From Takakia lepidozioides (lineage: Eukaryota > Plantae > Bryophyta): a stretch of 64,000 nucleotides of DNA. The notes under the pieces are model-generated. The model was not told the DNA's origin and ran no database searches. It saw nothing but the letters and a program-made list of their open reading frames with translations. Shown here one piece after another: positions 50,672 through 62,404 of this stretch (within the stretch, counting starts at the first letter, position 1; every line of letters begins with the position of its first letter). Location: positions 27,280,001 through 27,344,000 of the forward strand of contig CM060734.1 of NCBI GenBank assembly GCA_030704615.1, in the 5' to 3' direction. The translations under genes and the position numbers were made by a program.

Positions 50672-51027
50672 GCCTACATACGCATCCCATTGAGGGTCAA
50701 TGATCACCTGCTCTAGACCCGCCCTCACAGTCACCAGTCGATCCACCATCAAAAAGTTTGTAGCAAAGCGGGTTTCACCCGGGTTCCTAAGGCTGTATTT
50801 GGGTTCATGCTTTCTAAACAATGTCAGAGGGATGTGATGTATACAAATGAACGTCACAACCGACTTTGCCCTTTTTACTAGTTGTTTCATCCATGATTCT
50901 TTTCCCCAATCCTCCAAAAGGAGATCAAAGATATGAGCAGCACACCCTTGGTAATATAAATGGGGATATCGTACAATCAAAATATCGACCATATTAATCA
51001 TGTTAGATGCATTGTCTGGAATTACCT
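50672..51027 (-). pseudogene. hAT transposase middle part, inverted
   Basis: IPDNASNM...CAAHIFDLLLEDWGK...PGETRFATNFLM...DPQWDAY; this is the direct continuation of KIVQV. Confidence 0.92.
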
Positions 51028-51225
51028 TTACTGTCAGGAGTCCTTCCACCAACTCCTAAGTCAGTGTAACTACTATGCAGTAGATGTTGAAGTCGTACAC
51101 CTCACTGTGGAGAGGATCGTGCAGTTGTTGAAAGTAGAATGTAGTAACATGGACAACTTCTGCCACATATTCTACTATTTTTGCCCATAGAACTTGGTCT
51201 CATGAGAGGACATCTGGCATTTCAG

Positions 51226-53306
51226 AACCTCTTGCAGCGGTACCTCCTGGACCCCATGCATTGTGAGAAGAACTTCTGCGAGAACATTCTGAAGACGATC
51301 TTTGGGGAGAAGGATACAATAAACGTACGAAATGACATGGAGATTGAAGAGATACGGTCACATCTATGGATAAGGCCTGATCCAAATAGACCTTGCAAAG
51401 TGCTCATGCCAGCAGCATCATACTTCCTGACCAAATCAGAGCAAGAGCATTTTTTGAAGACATTGGGAGCCATGAAAGTGCCAACCAGATTCTCGGGTGC
51501 TTTCCAAAAGCATGCCATAAACAAGAAATGGTCGGGGATGAAGTCACATGATCTACACGTGATGATGCAGCAGATTTTTCCAGTGTGCATTCAGGGTACG
51601 ATGGCGCCGGGTCCTCGAACAGCCATAATGCGTGTAAGTCGAGTGTTTAGGAAGATTTGTGCGAAGGTGTGGGATCCGAGGGACATTACATCATTGCATG
51701 AGGATGTGGCTATGACCCTATGTTTGCTGGAGAAAGAATTCCCTCCATCTTTCTTTGACGTCATGACGCACTTGCCAGTGCATCTTGTAGAGGAGCTGCA
51801 TGTGTGTGGGCCCGTAGCTAGCCATTGGATGTACCCCATGGAGAGGTACATGAAGGATCTGAAGGGGTATATACGCGACATGGCACGGCCAGAGGGGAGT
51901 ATGGCGGAGGGCTACATCCGCGATGAAGCCCTGGGCTTCATGACAAAGTATATGTCTTCATTTGATGCAACACAACGACGGGTGTGGGACGAGAACGAGG
52001 AAGAAGGAGTTGTAGGCGAGGTCCTAGAAGGTGGTGGAACAAAGCGTGCCATGAGCCCGCGCCTTCGGGATATGGCACATGATTATGTGCTGAACAACAC
52101 AACAACCATGACACCATGGAGATAGTGGGTGTAAACTTACATCCCTCCTGTGCTATTCTTAATGGTCTTTGTATGTTGGAATTACATATATATTGTCACA
52201 AGTCATTCCGGCCACTATGGGAGTAGGATCATGTACTAACAGGGTGCTTCAGACGACTACAGAGGGTATTTCGTAGTTGGTGTTGTTGCTTGCAAGTGAT
52301 TATGAAGTAGGTTACATCACTACAGTGTGCTTGAAAGGACACAATCTGCATATGGCATGCATGTACAGTACGGTGTTGGTCAGGGGGACTGAGTTGCAAC
52401 TTCTATTTGGTTTCTGCCAGAAAGTACGCAGCGGAGAAGGTCCGCCTGAAAACGGAACGGAGTGCATTTGCAAAAGCATGGCGGAGGGGCGGTCGTAGGC
52501 GCAGATCCCTGGTGGAGTACCCCACAACAATGGAGGAGCTGCAGCCCTTTACAGTGTGGGTCAGATCTGCAATTGTAGTGTACACATTAGAGAACGAGGA
52601 CCCAGATGAGGGCATAGTGAGTCTGTCATTCCCCCCAGGGCTGATTGCCACTTCGTACCGGTCAATGAAAGCATATGACAATCATTATAGAGTGGACGAT
52701 GCCAACACCAGCCTCCTGGTGTCTTATGACAGCGGAGTGACATCATTTTTTGAACAAGAGAGTAGGAGCTGTGCACGAGATCGGAATCCAATTTCATGCC
52801 CTGTGCAATATGTAGGAGTCATCAAAGAGATCCTTAAACTAGACTATGGTCTTGTGAAGCCAATTCTATTCCGTTGTTCTTGGGTAAAAGCCAATATGGT
52901 AGGAGAGAATGCCACCATGAAATGGGATGAGTACGGGTTCCTCCTTACTGATTTCAGAAAAATGCTACCACAAGATGAAGAGCCATTCATCTTCCCATCG
53001 CAAGTTGAGCAAGTTTTCTTTTCAGATGACACCCATGCGCCGGGATGGAAGGTGGTTCTTCACAAGGACCCCCGAGCCAAACGAGTCGTGGCCGACGTCC
53101 ATGATCTGGACCTAGGGGAGAATGCCGACCACGAGGGTCTGAGGGAACCACAAAATCTACCAGATACGGCCGAACCAGTCTCTTTGGAAGGAGCAGTTAC
53201 CTTTAATGAGGAAGACATTCCAGGGTTGGTAATTACCGCAAGGCAAATTGCAGATGTGGGCAGTGAAGGGGAAGATTCTTTGGATACAGATAGTGAGCCC
53301 AGCTGA
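51226..53306 (+). pseudogene. CACTA Tnp2 transposase, 3' half (DUF4218/DUF4216-type regions)
   Basis: After a TTTCAG acceptor: NLLQRYLLDPMHCEKN, MKSHDLH, FPPSFFDVMTHLPVHL, WMYPMERYM, PEGSMAEGY, YVGVIKEIL..DY, EPFIFPSQVEQVFF. Confidence 0.95.
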
Positions 53307-53899
53307 ATCTCAGTGTCCATTAAGCTGGCAGCTCATAGACGAGAGCTGTGCTAAGGACTCTTACTGTCCTTAGAACCCATTTTGTACAGTCCTGCAAGCA
53401 CGCAAGGGCGAGACAGTTAATAGTATCGATAATGTCCCGGAATGTGGTCCATACTGTCTTGTGAACAAACCTATATTTACAGATGATTGTAGTTCAGAAC
53501 CAAAGGGCATATCCTTCAGCCTTGACGTCTTTGCGATCTTCTTCTGTGACGCCTTCTTCATAACTTGAGAAATGGAAAAGCAGCTACACCTCAAATTATT
53601 GCAAGGCCACTCAATGGCACTAAGAACGTTTCGAGCATGCTGTCAGAAAACTAGACGGGCAAAAACCAATTCAGCAGCCTCACCTTGCGTGGATACTTGG
53701 GAATTGATACCAGAAGGGCATGCTTGTATGCGCGCTCCATCGTGCCTCCATCCAGCACATTCTGTAAATGTTGAATGACCAAGACCCCGATGTTACACCC
53801 TTCTGAGAAGCCACTACGCGCGCTCACAGTATACGAAGGCCTTGCCGTGTCAGGATTCGCATTCACACGTCCCGCCATGTCCGACGAAGCACTTGCATC

Positions 53900-54376
53900 C
53901 CTGTCTCTGCCAGGTGGAGGCAGCACGTATTAAAATATCTATTCCCCCAATGCCACATTTGGTTTACCTCTTTTTGTGAAAGCCACGTCAGCAAATGTGC
54001 TGCCGAATCATGGGTGCAATGAATGCGCAATGGTTCATGGAGTCGTTGAGTCGACTACATATTCACTTTAATGAATAAATATCTTTATTCCATTAATCGA
54101 ATTAGGAAAGGAAATTTGTAGTCGCATGTGCAGTAATTACAACCACTTGTAATTTTGGCTTTTTCAAATTTTATGTATTTATGCAATTCGTAAAATAGCC
54201 CGGAATTCTGCTACGACTCCGGAGTCGTTGACCCCACTTCTGTCCGCCGTCTGAAATGCCCCCATGGGCCCACATTGTCTGTTTCGACTCTCCAGTAGTC
54301 CCGTTTACTACCAAGTGGTTCCCGGAGTGATCGCGGACATGCAGTCGATTCGGAAAAGACACGAATGCTTCTAGTG
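53900..54376 (+). mobile_element. CACTA 3' subterminal region and terminus
   Basis: ...gcttctagtg ends at 54376 (reverse complement CACTAGAAG); CGACT/AGTCG subterminal motifs including the palindrome acgactccggagtcgt. Confidence 0.75.
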
Positions 54377-55313
54377 GAGTCTTTGGCACACTATTACCAG
54401 ATCATGCGCATTTGGTTGCTAGTGGCAACTCGGACTAAGGTTCTTCCGAACAACCGACCCATTGAGAATCATCATTTTGCAAGGTACTGGTCAGACACCA
54501 TGTTGAAGGAATTAATTGCCTTCCAGGTCGTTCATGGGTACATTTACACCAAGACCAATGAGGTATCTAGTTTGGTCATGGGTTGTGGATTATACTATGC
54601 TGCTTGTTTCATTGCACGTTATCACATTGAGCAGCAGAAGATGCAGTCAAGATTTCTGAGTTATTCCACTGGGGATCATTGGGTCTTACCTTCAGTTCCA
54701 CCCCATATGTATCTGTATGATGTGAAAGTCATGTTGCAGAAGGATTCCCAACTTCGTTCATGGTTTAATTTAGCTTGGAACAACTTGGCCAAAGAAAAAT
54801 TGGGCCTTGACGATATTTTTTATAAGGGGCATGAAGCCTGGAAATACTTACACTGTTCCAAGGTCATTGGCACACCTCTCACTTATACGGACAAGGAACT
54901 CAGGGAGTACACTAATTTTGCTCAAGCGATTGATGCAAGTAGTACAGTTTAAGCTTCCAGACATGGTGGGCCAACACTGGATGCCACACAGGATTCCTGA
55001 GAAGCCACTTAAGGTTCGGGCACCGAAAGACCACATGGGGGAAGATGATTCTGATACAACTGGTTCTATGGAAGACACTTTTGACATGGCCGAGGACTAT
55101 GCACTACAGATGGCAGAGAAGAAACGACGGGGATCTCCTATGCCTGAGAGGTTACCTCGTTATCAACCAAAGGAGGGACAAACATTTCCATTTGGTGATC
55201 AGTCATCTCCATCAGCCAGTGACAGGGCTCAGGCTCGCACACAGAGCCCTCCAAGGGACTCTCACCGACAGAAGGGCGCTCGCTCACACAGGTTTGCTGA
55301 TCCTAAACAGTAA
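54377..55313 (+). pseudogene. Unknown ORF remnant in the 3' internal region of an LTR retrotransposon
   Basis: ORFs 54365-54952 and 54807-55313 end directly before a GAGGAC hairpin and polypurine tract; no RT/IN motifs. Confidence 0.45.
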
Positions 55314-55351
55314 ACCGTGAGGACACGGCTTTTTGAGAGGGGGAGGGGTAA

Positions 55352-56197
55352 TGTTAGAGGGCTGTCTGGGACTTAGACAGTTTTACGAGTTTTGTGGGGT
55401 ACCCTTAATTTTTGCGCAGACTTACGGATGGTAGACTTAGACCAACAGAGGCCTTAGGGGTGACAGGCACAGGCTTTAGGGGTGGTAGACAGGCTTACAC
55501 ACTCCGTCACAGGCTTACACAGTCGTACACAGCCTATCACAGTCTATCACAGCCTGACACAGCTTGTCACAGCCCGACACAGCTTCACACAGCCAGTCAC
55601 AGTCCGACACAGCCAGTCACAGCTCGGCACAGTCACAGCCCGACACAGCTTGGCATAGCCCGTCACAACGTACGTAGGGAACGGTTATTATTGGCAGGGA
55701 ATGACTGTGTGGGAACAACATCTGTAGAGGGAACGTGCTTACTTCTTGGGTGACAGTTAGTTAGTTAGGCGGTTAGAACAGCTTGCAGATAAATTAGGCA
55801 GAGTAGCAACAAAGAGGACACTTCTGAAGGGAGCACTTCTTGGTCAGGAGTAGAGGCCTTCAGGGAGAGAGAACGATCAGGAGCTGAGGAAGGAAGAGCG
55901 CGGTGGAGGAGGAGACACGATCTATTGGTGCTTGATTCATGCGAGCTGTAGAGATATACTATAGAGCAGACTAGGTACACCATGGCTTCGGCCTGATATT
56001 TGATAAAACTTAATTTGATACATATTTGATACACTCACACTGTGTAGAGAGACCAGAGTGAAGCTATAGAATGAATGGATGAGTGATTGGAACCTGATAG
56101 ATTGCTGAAGCAATCTGATGCTTAAATATAAACAGTAAGGTAATTTGCTGACATGAAGGCAAGAAGGAATACAAACATGAAGCACTTCCATGATACA
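55352..56197 (+). mobile_element. 3' LTR of a second (Ty3-type) retrotransposon
   Basis: PPT GAGAGGGGGAGGGG at 55335-55348, then TGTTAG; internal ~11-bp cacagcc repeats (also seen at 17925-17962); probable end TGATACA. Confidence 0.65.
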
Positions 56198-57098
56198 CTA
56201 GCTGTAGGTCATGACTGATTGTTCTGAGCGGGCTGAGTGCTTAGAGATATCCAACTCTTCTATCTTGGAGTTCCCACCTCGGATAGCGAAGGGATGGGTG
56301 AGTAAAAGCCGTTCGACATATGCATCCACGTATGTTGTACTGCCTATCCTGCGATTTGCATTTCACCGTCACCGGCGCAATGCAGTGATTTTGGTATAAA
56401 GCTTGGTGTCGGCAATCGTAATGTGTTGCGTACCTTCGTGCGAGGTGTCCCCCTGAGTGTCAGTGTTTGTGTTGTGCTCTTTTGGCACAACACAAACAAA
56501 TTTGATTCGGGGTTTCCTGTTTATTGGACTCCAGGGGTCGTTGCCATCTTTCCATAATTGATGGTTTCAAATCCTGTGCAGGGTTTGCTTTTCATCCAAA
56601 CACAATACGGCTTCTTGTGGCTTCTTGTCTTTGAAGACAATTTTTCTAGTTGGTGTCTCTCAGTGTGGCTGACTGGGGAGTTCGGTGCAGACTTTTGCCG
56701 TGCATGTCATTCTTACAGAAGATTGTAAACCCCAAAATCCATTGCATACATCGCCCGCAATCATTGGGACTGTGCTACCCTTATTCACCTCAGTTCGTTT
56801 GGGGTGGATCCCCTCTCGAGAATTACGGGCTATCATTTCGGGGACCCTTTGTGGATCGCAACTTTGGCTCAGTGTAGGAAAACATGTCGAGGGAGGGAGA
56901 CAGACTCGCTCGATATAAGGGACATGCTCGTATCTGGAGGGCGTCTAGACATCCCTCTGTGCCGGATGATATCTATGCCTGTTGTGCGTCCACCTCTTTC
57001 CCATGACATAACAAAATTGGAGCACATACCGGGTCCTTGGAAAAGAGAGAAGACAATCAGCAGGATCAGTAGCTACCCCTGGCACTGCAGCATCGGTC

Positions 57099-59127
57099 GT
57101 GCAGCAGAAGGGCACAGTTTATGTGAAACAAGAGGTGAGCACATCCACTACATTCGTGACTATTTCAGATTCGTCCTCGGAGGATGTTTTTGAGATTCCT
57201 CCGCCAGTCCAGACTCCATTCTTGGATGATGACGAATTGCAGGAGATAACAAGTGTCATTCCGAAATTGAAAGCCCTCAGAGGGGTGCTTGGGTGCAAGA
57301 ACGAGCTGCGTTTTGTTGATTGGGAGTCCTTTTGGGTGCAGCGGATTCAATATGTGCCAGCAGAGTTTGACGGGGACATTTTGTTTGAGCTCAACCCTCC
57401 CACGTCTTCTAGTGGACTTGTTGGGCTTCTGCAGGGCATGGACAAGAAACATGACGGACACCCTTGGTGCAGGACAAAAATATCGAACATCCACAATGAC
57501 ATTGGATTGAAATTTCAAAGGTCGGTTTGCGTTGGACATTGCAAGTGCCTGAATACTTCTTGCCCTCGCCTGAGAAACAGCTCTAAACCAAACGAAAGTG
57601 AGTGGGAAGGGGTGCCCCTGAATCCTTTCACACCAGGGCTTGCCCCTCCCAAGACCAATACTTTTGTGTACATGTTCTGCAAACTTGCCCCGTCTTGTGT
57701 TTCTGTGTGTCACACTCGTATGTACCAGGTGGCACACCGGTGCAAGACAATGACTCGTGCTTGCATTCATATGGGTACACACAAGCATCGTGTGTCGAAG
57801 GGAAGTTGTAGGGATAGCGTAGACATCGCTAGAAATCTTCTGAAGCAGGAGTTCCACAATGCCCCTTGTGCAATACCTTCTGCTATAGCGCTTGCAGCTA
57901 GCAAGGCATTCATGGACAAACACATACTGGGTGAAGGGGATGCGACACAACCAATGCCTGGATGCAGATTCGCTTGATGCAGTGATGGACCATTTCTCCG
58001 TGTTGAGCTCTCCCAATATTTGAAACCAGGTGAATGCACTCAGAATGGGCACAGGTAGTGCTGGATTCATGGACAACATTATGGACCTCAAACGGAGGAG
58101 TCACTATGAATTCATTCAAAACAGTATCTTCCCTGGCCAGGGCTCGTCCAAGGTGTATTTGTTCAAGATGTCCACAGTGGGCGAAGGCAGTGGTGTGAGC
58201 ATTGTCCGCCGAATGCAACCTGGAGGAGATTTGGCAAAATGTTGGTTAATGTTTGATCACTGCAAACGGGTGAAGGGTTGGACAACCATGGCGTGCCATG
58301 TGTGCGATCCAGTGTACCAGCGTGTGCTCTCCATAACAATTTGTGATATGCAGTCGGAGGACACTGAATCCCAAATGCTCATGTGGAATTCTCCCCTGGC
58401 CGTCATGCAGCGCAATGGAATGCAGAACACAAATTTTGCGGGGTTCATGGCTGATAGTGCACAGGCAAATTTTAATGCAGTGCGACGCGTCTTTGGTTCG
58501 GGGGATCCTAAGGTCCCAATGGAAAATAGGGAGCGCACATGCCTCTTCCATTGGAGTCAATCTCTGACACGTCATACAAAGCGCTGCATTCGACCTGACC
58601 TTCAGTTGGAGCACAGAAGGCTCTGCCTCAAATACAAAAATGCCACCTTCACAGATGTGCCACATGCTCTGGCAATGCCTCCACCCGGTGCCGACTCCTA
58701 CCCAACAAAAAGAGATGGAAAAACAGTGCGCCGTGTCGCTTCGGGTGCAGATCACGACTGCAAGATGGAATCGGCTAGAATTTTGCAGGCTCGGGTGACT
58801 TGTATCACCAAAGTCCCGGCCCCGGGGTATGGACAGATTTACACAGTGTTGTCTACTGGCTCAGTTCTTCATGGCAAAGAATATCAGGTTACCATGGGGA
58901 ATTTCCCTGCGTGCACTTGTCCGGATTTTGTAACGATGCGTGAGGGCGCTCTCGGCATGAGAGGGAAGTGGGTCCCCTGTAAGCATCAATATTACATATA
59001 CCTTATAATTATGTGTTGCGATGGTAAGAGAGACCAATTCATTCACCAAGCCACACTAGGCTATGAAGAAGTCATCACTCTTCTGCAGCGGGACACCTGC
59101 CGTGGGGCTCCGCCGGATTCTCTTTGA
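57099..59127 (+). pseudogene. MULE-type transposase with GCM/WRKY-like N-terminal Zn domain and C-terminal SWIM finger, internally deleted
   Basis: C.GHCKCLN..C...C...C....HMGTHKH; WLMFDHCKRV, FMADSAQAN, TCLFHW; SWIM YQV...CTCPDF...PCKH; lacks the TTNxAES segment present at ~16620. Confidence 0.8.
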
Positions 59128-59728
59128 ACAGAAACGAGCCATGCCCACTTCCCGTGCTGGTTTCCAGCTTATCGTGTGGAGTCTTTGCATGTAGGACAAA
59201 CACATACATTTCGTTCGCGGAACCAGGGCAATTGCACATGCCATTCATTGTAGGCATCTTTCTGTGAATTGAAATAAAGTGTGACGATCATTCTGAGCTC
59301 AAATTTGCCATATGTTCATATTCCTCTTTTTGTGCAGACATTGCAGACATGGTGCATGGTGGCCCCTTTGTTTTGTCCACGTTTGTCCACGGTAATAGGC
59401 CCTCTTCCTGCAATCCTCGCCTATAGGGCTTGCTTCTCCAACACATTGGTGCCGCTCACGCTTTGCAGCTACAACGTGAGCTCAGCTCCCAGGCTCACGG
59501 GGCTGGGCTCACGCCGTAGCTACGCTGTCCATGAGCCGTAGGGCAGAGCCGACGGGTTCCATAGTCGTAGCTTGGAGAGAACCGTTGGTCTAACGCTAAA
59601 ATGCAATGCTGATCTCACCGTTGATCTACGGTGCACTAGGAGCAACGGCTTCTATCTAGTTCTACGCTACTTGTCGTCTGTTCATACTCGTTAACTTTAG
59701 TTGCTAATTCGAAGCAACTAACATACTA

Positions 59729-60065
59729 GCTCTGATACCATGTTGGAAAACATTAACATCTAAAGCAACTGTAGACACTCACAGCAACAACAGATTCATA
59801 TACATGACCAGGCGGTGAGAAGAAACAATGTGCTAAAGAACAGTATGCTCAAGAGTGAAAAGAATGAATATAACAGAAAACATGAGAAGGTTATATACAA
59901 TGAGAGTCCTGTGGAGAGGCTGGGCTTCAAGTCGCTAGTCATAGTAAGAGATAAGGATCACCGTCAATGTGCAATTAAGCACCGTCGTGGGTAGGTAACC
60001 AGACCTGATCTAATCCTACAAATATGGGAGAGTTGTCGAGGGTAGAATAAATGCACATTCTAACA
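59729..60065 (-). mobile_element. Ty1/copia-type 5' LTR (59741-60065) plus tRNA-iMet PBS (59729-59740); internal region lost
   Basis: GCTCTGATACCA abuts TGTTGG; the other end is CTAACA; TATA-like motif on the minus strand at ~59891. Confidence 0.75.
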
Positions 60066-61145
60066 AGAAATACTACTAACATATTATCTGAGAAAGTGGA
60101 GGGAGCGCAAATACTACCCTCTGTTTATTCAAACTAGTCTGGCCTGTGTCGTTGGCCCAAGTGTCCAATGTCATCTAAGTCCAAGTGCAATCTCCTATGT
60201 ATCCAAGTGCGTCTCCTATGTGGAGGCCATGTGTGACGAATTGAAATCGATATACTAAAATGAAGGTTGGATGTTTGTTTAGTTGTTTAGCCCACTTTGC
60301 TATTTTTCACGAATTTCCAGCGACCAAAAGTACTTGAAATTTGACATCCCCCCACCGCAGGTCCAAATATTATGAGACCAAGTGGCTGCACCCCTCCTAA
60401 TCGAGGGCTTTCCAAGGGTACCAAGCACCAGGGCTTGGGCCGGCGGTTTGAGAGATCTCAACGCTACAAAACAAAACAAAACAAAACAAACAAACTATCT
60501 TGCTTCATATATTTTGATGTGACTATGCACATGCCAAACGCAGTTTGAAACTTTGTATTTTTATATATTTAATTCAATAAACCCTTAAAGCCTTGGTAGT
60601 TGCCATTTTTTTAGCCTGTATAACTTCCGTGATGCTGGTCGAATTGGCCTACTATAAGAATGAAAAATGGAGCACTCAGGGAGGGCTTTCTAAGGACGTT
60701 GGGCCGGGTTGTAGAAAGTTATGGTCTGGCTTGCCAGGGTGAGGGGGGAGTCCATTGGATAAGCCCTAGAAATAAGGCATGCCTAGAGGTTTCGTTACTT
60801 GGCCTCACAACGTTGCCATGGATGGATTCAATCAAAATTTAGCCCAACTCGATTGAAAATATTTGGACCTTTTGATTTTCCAAACAACCACCAAAAGTTG
60901 GTAAAGTGCGACGACAGATGCAGAAAAGTTGAACCACACTTGTATATCCCTTGGGACCCACGACCACAGAATCCCAAATCTTGTCTATTCTCTATAATAA
61001 TACACAAAAAAATTACCATGTTAAACAAAAATCGAAAAATAATGCACTAATTAAATCCTTATAAATATTATCTAACTTACTAGCCCTCAGTGAGACAATT
61101 TTTAAGTTGTTTAATATTCAACAATATTTTTAATGTTTTTGACTT

Positions 61146-61371
61146 TTTTTTTTTTTCTTATAAAGGAAACCTGGGAGCGACAGCCCACAATCAGGCCCTT
61201 GAGGAGGGGGAAAAATTAACCCCCTTTCATTTATGGGCCATGAGGCCTACAGGACGATCAACGCCCAGACATACCACAATCCCACACACGGGGCAGGGCA
61301 GCGGGTTTGAACCCGGAACCACCAGGGCGACACACCGTGCACTTACCAGCTGAGCTACCACCCAATGTGCA
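61146..61371 (-). mobile_element. tRNA-derived SINE (younger copy)
   Basis: A box TAGCTCAGCTGG, B box GGTTCAAACCC, poly-A tail, TSD TTTTTGACTT at 61136-61145 and 61372-61381. Confidence 0.88.
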
Positions 61372-62311
61372 TTTTTGACTTGCTCTGTTACCTGAGTGTT
61401 GAATAATCTTATTTATTAATCAATATTTGTTGACTTGGGCAGTGTATTGCCATCAGTTTGGATGTGGATAAGGTCGACATGGATGGATGAATCACATCTC
61501 TATGGACGTACTTGCCAAAAAATAAAAATCTCTACTTGCTATGTAGAGAAGCAGCTTCAACTTCCTCTTCCTTGTCTGCACCTGCCTTGTTTCTCTAGCA
61601 TGGCCTGCACTCCGGCCTCGCTTGCTCAACCGCAACCTTGACTACCAGAATGCCAAGCCAAAATACTGTTTTGGAGGTTGCGATTGTGGGTCCAGAGTCC
61701 ATCCAACAACTGTTGAGTTGCGTATCAAGAATCTCGCGGCCAAAGAGGAAGGAAGGATGAATGACGCAATTGGCAATGTCATGTATGGACAGCTGGGAAT
61801 CTGTACCCAAAAGAATGCATTGGATGGTGTAACAACAACGATAATCCGAAACTATTTGCCTTGCGGATAATGATTGAGTGCAGCCCCAGATATATTCCAG
61901 TACCCAAGCAGTTGCCGCACAGTGCCCTGTGTGAGGGCCTGATGCTTCCAGAATGGGTGTCCAACAAAAACCCTCAGTTTAATTTGTCTCATCTCCTGTC
62001 GGATCAATGCTCAAAAGTGAGATCGGACGCCTTATCAACAACATTCGCTATCATCTATATTGGGTGGTACGTACAATGTTTTTTCTAATAACAAATAGTA
62101 AGACGGATGCAGTTGAGAATGCGACTCTTATGTCTTTGCACGCCGCTGCAAGTCAAACCGCCCAACACACTCCTACCATCCTAGGTTGCCGGATACAAAA
62201 CGCTATCCCACGGATTCCACGTTTAGCACATCTTCCGTTTCCTTAGTATTTTCTAAGTTCCCTGCCCATAATCTGAGAGCTTTTTGTTGGGTCTGACCGC
62301 ATGATGTGTAG

Positions 62312-62404
62312 GGTAAGGCACGAGGAGGGGGGGCGTTCTTGGAATGAGCGCCCGGCACGAGGCTACCGCTCATTCCAAGAACGCCCCCCTCCTCGTGCCT
62401 TACC
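62312..62404. repeat. ~39-bp near-perfect inverted repeat with 16-nt loop
   Basis: ggtaaggcacgaggagggggggcgttcttggaatgagcg / cgctcattccaagaacgcccccctcctcgtgccttacc. Confidence 0.9.

Noticed and set aside
60250-60510. Possible non-autonomous Helitron-like repeat ending in (AAAAC)n
   Set aside because: No clear 3' hairpin-CTRR end; cannot be classified from this window
27830-61365. tRNA genes at ~27830 and ~61300
   Set aside because: Acceptor and anticodon stems are not intact, and both are followed by a shared body and A-rich tail, so they are SINE heads
61595-62250. Possible host gene fragment
   Set aside because: Short interrupted ORFs with no recognisable motif
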